A stretch of DNA of 30,631 bases from Armatimonadota bacterium. Lineage in GTDB: Bacteria; Armatimonadota; Zipacnadia; JAUWAU01. Below, in pieces: positions 7,456-14,388 of the stretch. Each line of letters begins with the position of its first letter. Within the stretch, counting starts at the first letter, position 1. Both the position numbers and the translations under genes were made by a program. The stretch covers positions 1 to 30,631 of the forward strand of contig JASFTE010000001.1 in NCBI GenBank assembly GCA_050114035.1, in the 5' to 3' direction. The notes under the pieces are model-generated. The model searched no databases, had not been told where the DNA came from, and saw only the letters and a program-made list of their open reading frames with translations.

Positions 7456-9219
7456 TCAGGAGACCTGGACCAGCAGCGCGCCCTCCAACTCCGCCAGGAT
7501 CTGCTTGTCGCTGAAGCCCCTCTGGTGTGCGGCGCCCGACGGGCAGGCCGCCACGCACGTGCCGCAGCCTTTGCAGAGTACCTCTTCGATCTTGGATATC
7601 TTCTTTTCGTCGTCGAACTCGATAGCCGTGTACGGACACAGTTCGATACATGTCTTGCAGCCAGCGCAGAGGTCCTCGTCGATCGCGGAGGTGATAGGCT
7701 CGATCGCGACGCGCCCGGCATCGATGAGGCTAAGAGCCTCCGCGGCCGCGGCGGCGCCCTGCGCCACGCTGTCGGGGATGTCCTTCGGGCCCTGGCACGC
7801 GCCGGCGATCATGACCCCGTCCGTGCTCGTGGAGACAGGCGCCAGCTTGGGATGCTGCTCCAGGAAGAAGCCGCCGTCGGCGCAGGAGAGCGAGAAGGTG
7901 TGGGCCACGTCCTCGGAGTCTGCATGTGGCTCGAGGCCGACGGCAAGGACCACCATGTCCACGGGGATGCGTCGGATCTCGCCCAGCAGCGTATCCTCGC
8001 ACTTGATGGTGAGCTTGCCCTCCTCCTCGGGCGTCTCGGCCACCTCGGTGACCTCAGCGCCTTTGCCGCGGACGAAGATGACGTCCTCGCTCAGCACACG
8101 CTCGTAGAACTCCTCGTAGCCCTTGCCAAAGGCACGTACGTCGATGTAGAACTCGTACACGTCCGCATCGTGCAGCTTTTCCCGCACAAGGTGCGCGAAC
8201 TTCATGGCGTACATGCAGCACACGCGTGAGCAGTACGGGTTGTTGTTCTCGTCCCGGCTTCCCACACAGTGGATGATGCCGACGCTCCTCGGGACCGAGC
8301 CGTCCTGCATCACGATGTCTCCGCCCGTGGGCCCGCTGGCGTTGCTCATCATCTCGAACTCGAGGCCGCTGATGACGTTCGGCAGCCGCCCGTAGCCGTA
8401 CTGCGGAGTGCGGGCCGGATCGAATGGCTTGAAGCCAGTGGCCACGACGATCGCCCCCACATCCACTTCCCGCTCCTTCTCCTCGGTCTCGAACGTGATG
8501 GCCTCCGGCTCGCAGACGGTCTCGCAGAATTTGCAGCCCTCTGTCTGGGAGTGGATGCAGCTCTCCGTATCGATGACGGGAACGTTCGGCACAGCCTGGG
8601 CGAAGGGGACATGAATGGCCTTCGGCGGCCCGAGCTGAAGCTCGCTGTGGCGTACCTGGTCTGCTTCCTCGATCTTGATGCACTCGGTCGGGCACACCAG
8701 CGCGCAGGCGGCGCACGTTATGCAGTCCGCTGACGGCTCGCTGAAGGCGGTGGTCACTTCCCGCTCATCGCCGCGGTTGACGAAGTTGACGATGCTCTTG
8801 CCGACGACCTCGTCACAGACCCGCACGCAGAGGCCGCACAGAATACATTCCTCGTCCTCGTCCCCGGCCGGGAACCGCGACTTCTCGATCCCCATGTCGG
8901 TGGCCAGCTCGCGGACCTTCTCCGCCTTCGGCGCCCGGGCCATGAGGAGTTCGACCATCATTTTGCGCGCGTCGAGCACCTCGGGCGTGTCCGTCCGGAC
9001 CACCAGGTCATCCTGGACCGGATAGCTGCAGGAGGCGGCCAGGGACGACGCATCGCCGTCGCCGATCTGCACCAGACACACGCGGCACGCCGAGTATGGC
9101 TCGATGGAAGGGTGGAAGCACAGCGTCGGGATCTCGACGCCGAGCTCCTTGGCGGCGTCCAGGACCGTACTGCCCTCTTCCACCTCGACCTGTCTGTCGT
9201 CGATGGTGAGAGTCACCAT
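7456..9219 (-). CDS. hdrA: Fusion: NuoG/HydA/HoxU-like N-terminal Fe-S module (aa ~1-185) + C-terminal half of heterodisulfide reductase subunit A
   Basis: N-part: VTLTIDD...IPTLC..C..C...C ([2Fe-2S]), CILCGLCVRVC and CITCAACALVCP. C-part: KAIHVPFAQAVPN, VGAIVVATGF, LEFE...SGPTGG, HCVGSRD..YCSRVCCMYAMK, GACQGPKDIPDSVAQG, C-terminal CAGCKTCIELCP / CKGCGTCVAACP. Confidence 0.93.
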   Translation of the reverse strand: MVTLTIDDRQVEVEEGSTVLDAAKELGVEIPTLCFHPSIEPYSACRVCLVQIGDGDASSLAASCSYPVQDDLVVRTDTPEVLDARKMMVELLMARAPKAEKVRELATDMGIEKSRFPAGDEDEECILCGLCVRVCDEVVGKSIVNFVNRGDEREVTTAFSEPSADCITCAACALVCPTECIKIEEADQVRHSELQLGPPKAIHVPFAQAVPNVPVIDTESCIHSQTEGCKFCETVCEPEAITFETEEKEREVDVGAIVVATGFKPFDPARTPQYGYGRLPNVISGLEFEMMSNASGPTGGDIVMQDGSVPRSVGIIHCVGSRDENNNPYCSRVCCMYAMKFAHLVREKLHDADVYEFYIDVRAFGKGYEEFYERVLSEDVIFVRGKGAEVTEVAETPEEEGKLTIKCEDTLLGEIRRIPVDMVVLAVGLEPHADSEDVAHTFSLSCADGGFFLEQHPKLAPVSTSTDGVMIAGACQGPKDIPDSVAQGAAAAAEALSLIDAGRVAIEPITSAIDEDLCAGCKTCIELCPYTAIEFDDEKKISKIEEVLCKGCGTCVAACPSGAAHQRGFSDKQILAELEGALLVQVS

Positions 9220-9232
9220 GGATTGATGCCCC

Positions 9233-11086
9233 CTACTCCACGATCACAGCGTCGTACCGACATACATCGCGGCACACGCCGCACTTGATGCACTTCTCCG
9301 ACTGTATTCGCCGCGGATCCCCGTTCTCGCCGATTATGCACGTCTCGGGGCACTGCCGGTCGCACGCGCCACAGCCGTTGCACTTGTCCACGCTGATGCT
9401 GAAGCTGATGAGCTCTCGGCAGACGCCTGCCGGGCATTTCTTGTCCGCAACATGCGCGTCATACTCGTTCCTGAAGTAGCGAATGGTGCTCAGGACGGGA
9501 TTGGGTGCGGTGCCGCCCAGCGCACACAGCGAGGCGCCCTTGACCTGCTGGCCGATTTCCTCCAGCAGCTCCACGTCCCCCTCGCGTCCCTTGCCGTCGC
9601 ACAGCCGGGTCAGGACCTCAAGCATCTGCTGCGTGCCGTCGCGGCACGCCGTACACTTGCCGCACGACTCCTCGGCAGTGAACTGCAGGAAGTACCGGGC
9701 GACGTCCACCATGCACGTACCCTCGTCCATGACCACCATGCCGCCCGATCCCATCATCGAGCCGACTTCCTGGAGCTGCTCGTAGTCCACCGGGAGATGG
9801 ATCAGATCTGCCGGAATGCACCCGCCCGATGGCCCGCCGGTCTGGACGGCCTTGAACTCCCTGCCGTCCAGGATGCCGCCGCCGATCTCGTAGACGAGCT
9901 CCTTGAGGGTGATGCCCATGGGGACCTCAACCAGGCCGGTGTTGTTGACCTTGCCCACCAGGGAGAAGATCATGGTCCCCTTGCTCTGCTCCGTGCCTAT
10001 CCCCGCGAACCACTCGGCGCCGTTCCGGATGATGTACGGGACGCTGCCCCACGTCTTCACATTGTTGATGACCGTGGGCTGCCCCCAGAGGCCGCTCTGG
10101 GCAGGATAGGGCGGACGCGGCCGTGGCTCGCCGACCGTGCCCTCCACCGAGGCGAGCAGCGCGGACTCCTCCCCGCAGACGAATGCGCCGGCCCCCCGCG
10201 TTACCTTGACGTCGAATGAGAAGCCCGTCCCGAGGATGTTCTCGCCGAGCAGACCGTACTCGCGCGCGCTTTCCAGCGCAGCCTCGATGTGTTTGAGCGC
10301 CAGGGGGTACTCGGTGCGGACATAGATGTGGCCCTCCACCGCGCCGATGGCGTAGCCGCCGATGAGGAGTCCCTCGAGCACGCTGTGGGGATTGCCTTCG
10401 AGGAGGCTTCTGTCCTGGAACGCCCCCGGGTCGCCCTCGTCCGCGTTGCACACAATGTACTTCGGCGTTGCTGCCTGCTCGCGGCAGAGCTGCCACTTCC
10501 GGCCGGTGGGGAAGCCTGCCCCCCCTCGTCCCCGAAGTCCCGACCGGAGGATCTCTTCCACGATCTGCTCCGGACTCATCTCAGACAGGGCCTTGGCCAG
10601 CCCGCTGTAGCCGCCGATCGCGAGGTAGTCCTCCATGCTGGTGGGATCGATGTAGCCGTTCTGCGCGAGCAGAAGCCGACGTTGGCTCTTGTAGAAGGGA
10701 ACGTCGGGCTCCTTGATGATCTTCTCGCCCGTGTTGGGATCCTCGTACAGCAAACGGTCAATGACGTTGCCGGCGAGGACGGTCTCCAAGAGGATTTCGT
10801 CGACGTCCTTCGGGGTCACGCGCTGGTAGAAGATCTCGCTTGGGCGCAGAACCACGAGCGGCCCGCGCTCACAGAAACCATGGCAACCAGTGGCTCGCAG
10901 ATCGACCTTGTCCTGGAGGCCTCGCTCGTCGATTGCCTTGCGGAAGGCCTCGGCCACGTCCACGGCTCCCGAAGCCGTGCAGCCCGTACCGGCACAGACG
11001 GTGACGCAGGGCTTTGACGGATCACGTTGCTTGGCGAGCTCCTCTGCCAGTTGGTTCAGCGCCTCGGCGCTCTGCAATCGCGCCAT
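9233..11086 (-). CDS. nuoF: NuoF/HydB-like NAD(P)H- and FMN-binding subunit, long (HydB-type) architecture
   Basis: N-terminal thioredoxin-like [2Fe-2S] (CAGTGC..CHGFC), GRGGAGFPTG, NADEGDPG, GAGAFVCGEE, GGPSGG, ESCGKCTAC..SLC, AH....CPAGVC, C-terminal 2x[4Fe-4S]; SD AGGAGGGAG. Confidence 0.95.
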   Translation of the reverse strand: MARLQSAEALNQLAEELAKQRDPSKPCVTVCAGTGCTASGAVDVAEAFRKAIDERGLQDKVDLRATGCHGFCERGPLVVLRPSEIFYQRVTPKDVDEILLETVLAGNVIDRLLYEDPNTGEKIIKEPDVPFYKSQRRLLLAQNGYIDPTSMEDYLAIGGYSGLAKALSEMSPEQIVEEILRSGLRGRGGAGFPTGRKWQLCREQAATPKYIVCNADEGDPGAFQDRSLLEGNPHSVLEGLLIGGYAIGAVEGHIYVRTEYPLALKHIEAALESAREYGLLGENILGTGFSFDVKVTRGAGAFVCGEESALLASVEGTVGEPRPRPPYPAQSGLWGQPTVINNVKTWGSVPYIIRNGAEWFAGIGTEQSKGTMIFSLVGKVNNTGLVEVPMGITLKELVYEIGGGILDGREFKAVQTGGPSGGCIPADLIHLPVDYEQLQEVGSMMGSGGMVVMDEGTCMVDVARYFLQFTAEESCGKCTACRDGTQQMLEVLTRLCDGKGREGDVELLEEIGQQVKGASLCALGGTAPNPVLSTIRYFRNEYDAHVADKKCPAGVCRELISFSISVDKCNGCGACDRQCPETCIIGENGDPRRIQSEKCIKCGVCRDVCRYDAVIVE

Positions 11087-11183
11087 TGATGCTCCCTCCT
11101 GTGGGGTCCCCGCTTGCGAGGCTCGAGCCGGTAGCCGGTACTCAGACTGGCCGGTGGCGCCCCTCGCCTCTAAAGGAGCAGCC

Positions 11184-11645
11184 TCACTCCTTGTCGCGAT
11201 ACTGCCTTATCAGTCTTGGCACCCGATTGGGGCGGATTCTGCCGTGGTACTGCGGCCCGACCATGAGAAGCGGTCCGAGGGCGCACGCGCCGAGGCAGTT
11301 GACGGTCTCCACCGTGAAGAGCCCATCCGGCGTGGTCGCCCCGGCATCGATGCCCAGATCCTGCTCCAGCCTCTGCAGCACCCTCGGGGCGCCCCGAGCG
11401 TAGCAGGCCGTGCCCATACACACCTTGATGACGTACTTACCTCGACGCTCGAGGCTGAACTGCTTGTAGAAGGTGGCCGCCCGTACCACTTGGCTGATGG
11501 GCACCGCGAGCTGCTCAGCCGTTGCCTCCAGCGCCTCCCGCGGCAGGTAGTTGTACTCCTCCTGGATGTCCTGCAGAGCCTTGAGAAGAGCGGACTGGTC
11601 GCCCGCGTACTGTTCGAGGATCTCTGTCGCCGCCTCCGACGCCAT
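11184..11645 (-). CDS. nuoE: NuoE/HydC-like [2Fe-2S] subunit
   Basis: LQDIQEEYNYLP, ATFY..FS, VCMGTAC, NCLGACALGP; SD AGGAGG. Confidence 0.95.
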   Translation of the reverse strand: MASEAATEILEQYAGDQSALLKALQDIQEEYNYLPREALEATAEQLAVPISQVVRAATFYKQFSLERRGKYVIKVCMGTACYARGAPRVLQRLEQDLGIDAGATTPDGLFTVETVNCLGACALGPLLMVGPQYHGRIRPNRVPRLIRQYRDKE

Positions 11646-11657
11646 CGTACGGGCCTC

Positions 11658-12485
11658 CTACGCTTTGTTCAGGACGAGGTCGCCCTTGCGCATCGTGCGC
11701 ACGGACGGAACGCGCATGCCGAGACACTGCTCCCAGCACAGGCCACAGCCGGTGCACTTCTCCAGGTCCACTTGGCGCGGCTTCTGTTTCATGTGCACCT
11801 TGAAGTTGCCCACGTAGCCCTCTACTTCTGCAACCTCCGAGTACGTGAGCAGCTCGATGCTCTCGTGCTGCCCTACAGAGACCATCTTCGGCGTCAGGAT
11901 ACAGGCCGCGCAGTCGAGAGTGGGGAAGGTCTTGTCGAACTTGCCCATCTGTCCGCCGATGCTCGGCTCGCGCTCCACCAGGTACACCCGCCGGCCCGAA
12001 TCGGCCATCTTCAGCGCGGCCTCAATGCCGGCGATGCCGGCCCCAACGACCATGGCGTTCGGGTTCACGGTAACTTCCAGCGGCTCCAGCGCCTCGTGGT
12101 GCTGCACGCGGCGAATGGCGGCGGCGAGGATTCGCTTCGCCTTCTCGGTGGCCGCACCGCGGTCCTCAGTCACCCACGATGCGTGCTCCCGGATGTTGGC
12201 CATCTGGAACAGGTACGCGTTCAGGCCCGCCTCCGCGCACGCCCGACGGAACGTCGGCTCGTGCATCAGGGGCGAGCATGATGCCACGACCACCCGGGTG
12301 AGGTTGTGCTCCTTGATGTCGTCTCGTATCAGTACTTGCCCGGGGTCGGAGCACATGTACTGGTAGTCCTGGGTCACGACGACGCCCTCGAACCCCTTGG
12401 CGAACTCTGTCAGTTCGTTCACGTCCACCGTGCCCGCGATGTTCGTTCCACAGTGGCAAATGTAGACACCGATGCGTTCCGCCAA
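11658..12485 (-). CDS. hdrA: N-terminal half of heterodisulfide reductase subunit A (275 aa)
   Basis: TTG start 12485 after SD AGGAGGG. IGVYICHCGTNIAG, YMCSDPG, ASCSP, FAD-binding VVGAGIAG..AA, GGQM..FDKTFPTLDC, then a single CTGCGLCWEQC motif and TAG stop. Confidence 0.93.
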   Translation of the reverse strand: MAERIGVYICHCGTNIAGTVDVNELTEFAKGFEGVVVTQDYQYMCSDPGQVLIRDDIKEHNLTRVVVASCSPLMHEPTFRRACAEAGLNAYLFQMANIREHASWVTEDRGAATEKAKRILAAAIRRVQHHEALEPLEVTVNPNAMVVGAGIAGIEAALKMADSGRRVYLVEREPSIGGQMGKFDKTFPTLDCAACILTPKMVSVGQHESIELLTYSEVAEVEGYVGNFKVHMKQKPRQVDLEKCTGCGLCWEQCLGMRVPSVRTMRKGDLVLNKA

Positions 12486-12531
12486 TTGAATCGCCCTCCT
12501 ACGGGAGCTCGTCCGCGCTTGGGACCCGTCT

Positions 12532-13434
12532 CTAGCCCGCCGCGACCGGCTCCGTAGCCTCCGAAAGCGGCTTGACCTTGGCAAGCATGTCGTCCACGGG
12601 GACTAAGGATGCCTCGAGGCTGACATCCTGCGCCGGCAGGCCCATGGCCATTCCCATGAGCTGCGGGAAGTAGACTATCGGCATCTGGATCTCCCTGCCC
12701 ATACGCTCGCCGATGGCGTCCTGGTAGCCCTCGAGGTTCATGTGGCACAAGGGGCACGCCGTCAGTATGCAGTCGGCGCCCCGGTCCATTGCCAGCTTCA
12801 TCAAGCTCGTGCACAGCTTCACGCTCACGTCCTTCGACGTCTGCATCAACATCCCGCCGCAGCATTTGGCCGTGAGCGGGTAGTCCACCGGAACGGCCCC
12901 GCACATCTCGATCACTGCATCGAGGCCCTTGGGGAACTCATCCTCCAGGAAGGTCGCATACGGCCGCACGAGCTGGCATCCGTGGTACGGCGCGACGCGC
13001 AGCCCGGCGAGATCGACCTTGACCTTGGAGGCGATGGCCCCTTCGGGCAGGTCATTCAGGACGACGTCGAGGAAGTGGCGCACTTCGACGGTGCCCTCGT
13101 ACTTGAGCCCCGCGGCCGCCAGACCCGCGTTGACGCGCTCGCCGATGCGCCGATCGTCCCTCATGTAGTTATTTGTCTTGCTCAACGTCATGTAGCAACC
13201 GTTGCAGCACGTCACTACGTCGCGCTCGGCTGGCTCCGCCAGAGCCAGGTTGCGGGCCGAGACGGCAAAGGACGTTATCTCGGCCATCGACGTGTAGCAC
13301 GTGGCGCCGCAGCAGTTCCAGTCATCGAGGTGGACCAATTCGAGCCCGAGTGCCTTCGACACGGCCTCGGTGGATCTGCCGTACGGCACAGCGCTGGCCT
13401 CGAGAGCGCAGCCAGGATAGAAGGTGTAGGTCAC
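12532..13434 (-). CDS. hdrB: Heterodisulfide reductase subunit B (two CCG domains)
   Basis: FYPGC, WNCCG, CCNGC, YHGCQLVRP, KCCGG, ACPLCHMNL; GTG overlaps the hdrC stop (GTGA). Confidence 0.93.
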   Translation of the reverse strand: MTYTFYPGCALEASAVPYGRSTEAVSKALGLELVHLDDWNCCGATCYTSMAEITSFAVSARNLALAEPAERDVVTCCNGCYMTLSKTNNYMRDDRRIGERVNAGLAAAGLKYEGTVEVRHFLDVVLNDLPEGAIASKVKVDLAGLRVAPYHGCQLVRPYATFLEDEFPKGLDAVIEMCGAVPVDYPLTAKCCGGMLMQTSKDVSVKLCTSLMKLAMDRGADCILTACPLCHMNLEGYQDAIGERMGREIQMPIVYFPQLMGMAMGLPAQDVSLEASLVPVDDMLAKVKPLSEATEPVAAG

Positions 13435-14021
13435 TCAGACCCCTCCTCGGCTTCAACGGCCGCCATGATCTTCTGCAGGTCCTCGACCCCGCGAATGGGC
13501 TTGGCCCCGAGGTCCAGGCGTCCCCGCTGTCGCATCTTCCAGGCGAGCGGGAGCTGCTTGAGGCCCTCAACGAACTTCCCCGTTCGCATCGTGAACCGGA
13601 TCATAAACTTGGTCTCAGGGTTGCGCCCGTATTCCTTCACCGTGTCCACGAAGGCCTCGGTGAGGATCGTCGCTTCCTTGCCCTCGCGCGGCTCAATGCC
13701 GTGCTGGAGCGCCAAGCGCTTGAGCTCGTACATCAAGTCAGTGAACTTGATGCCGGACGGACACCGGGCAGCGCAACTGTAGCAGGACGCGCACATCCAT
13801 ACGGTGTTGCTGCGCAGGATCTTGTCCAGCATGCCCGCACGGAAATACGCGATGATCTGGCGTGGCGTGTAGTCCATCTCGTCGCTCGTGGGGCAGGAGG
13901 CGCTGCATGTGCCGCACTGGATGCACGTCTTCAACTTCTCGCCGTCCGGCATGCGCAGCACGTCCTCGACGAACTGCTCGTTCAGCGTCTTCCCGCTGGA
14001 GCCCGGATGGTTGGCAGCCAT
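13431..14021 (-). CDS. hdrC: Heterodisulfide reductase subunit C (2x[4Fe-4S])
   Basis: CIQCGTCSASCP and WMCASCYSCAARCP; SD GGAGGGA; immediately upstream of hdrB. Confidence 0.93.
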   Translation of the reverse strand: MAANHPGSSGKTLNEQFVEDVLRMPDGEKLKTCIQCGTCSASCPTSDEMDYTPRQIIAYFRAGMLDKILRSNTVWMCASCYSCAARCPSGIKFTDLMYELKRLALQHGIEPREGKEATILTEAFVDTVKEYGRNPETKFMIRFTMRTGKFVEGLKQLPLAWKMRQRGRLDLGAKPIRGVEDLQKIMAAVEAEEGSE

Positions 14022-14193
14022 TGCGCGTCCCTCCGCTTAGCTGGCTGGGCTGTGTGCCCTAATTGCTCTCTGGTACCGACGACCGCGGACGATCGCTCAG
14101 ACGTCGCCGACATCCGCCGTCAGGCGCAAACTGAATTGATTCGGTCTGGAATGCCGGCTTCCGTGGTCGATCTCACGAAGCCCGTGGCCTAAC

Positions 14194-14214
14194 ATCCCCA
14201 TCGTCGATGGGGAT
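14194..14214. promoter_or_regulatory. Perfect 10-1-10 palindrome, candidate operator
   Basis: ATCCCCATCG-T-CGATGGGGAT; a 1-nt centre favours a DNA-binding site over an RNA hairpin. Confidence 0.45.
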
Positions 14215-14218
14215 CGCT

Positions 14219-14236
14219 TTGTGACAGGTTTCACGA
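14219..14236. promoter_or_regulatory. Rex-like (or CRP/FNR-family) binding box upstream of hdrC
   Basis: TTGTGACAGGTTTCACGA matches 12 of 14 specified positions of the Rex consensus TTGTGAA-N4-TTCACAA, and 9 of 10 of CRP TGTGA-N6-TCACA. Confidence 0.6.
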
Positions 14237-14248
14237 TTCGTCGCACAG

Positions 14249-14277
14249 AAAAAATCCCCGAGCATCTGACTGGGGAT
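14249..14277 (-). terminator. Intrinsic (Rho-independent) terminator
   Basis: Minus-strand RNA AUCCCCAG-ucagaug-CU(C)GGGGAU ending in a U6 tract. Confidence 0.65.
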
Positions 14278-14382
14278 ATCGTGGGTGCGCCGTATTCCGA
14301 TGCCTACTGCCCCTTCGGCTAGAGAAAGGAGGTCCCCCACTCAGGCAACCCAAATACCCGACCGGCAGTCTGCCCCACCCGT
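14249..14382 (-). ncRNA. Candidate ~130-nt structured RNA (sRNA or attenuator/riboswitch leader), family not recognised
   Basis: Bounded by a near-consensus promoter and an intrinsic terminator. Nested pairings GGGUG/CACCC, GUAUUU/GAAUAC, UGCCU/AGGCA enclose ACCUCCUUUCU. Confidence 0.45.
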
Positions 14383-14388
14383 GCACGC

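Noticed and set aside
11120-11160. Three GCCGGT copies in the nuoE-nuoF spacer
   Set aside because: Short GC-rich motif with only a weak stem; consistent with chance.
9233-11645. nuoE/nuoF as part of respiratory complex I
   Set aside because: No membrane nuo genes; NuoF is the long HydB-type form embedded in an hdr-mvh operon.
4433-11645. Group 3d bidirectional HoxEFUYH hydrogenase
   Set aside because: The small subunit is 339 aa with additional C-terminal clusters (HoxY is short), and mvhD and hdrABC are present, which fits group 3c.
7456-12485. hdrA as a pseudogene, frameshift or transposon-disrupted gene
   Set aside because: Both halves keep catalytic motifs, have their own SD/start/stop, and are separated by intact redox genes with no transposase, terminal repeats or target duplication; the C-half is fused in frame.
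5949-12485. Selenocysteine recoding in MvhD, HdrA or the hydrogenase
   Set aside because: The usual Sec positions are Cys codons (CRWC, FPTLDC, DPCFGC); no in-frame TGA breaks.
14321-14333. Strong plus-strand SD (AGAAAGGAGG) implying a small or type I toxin ORF
   Set aside because: No ATG/GTG/TTG within a usable distance downstream.
14300-14345. Moco riboswitch (GAAAGGAG) or SRP RNA (CCGAAGG..GCAG) identity for the candidate RNA
   Set aside because: No GCCTCCCG for Moco; no CAGG/AGCAG symmetric loop or GNRA tetraloop for SRP.
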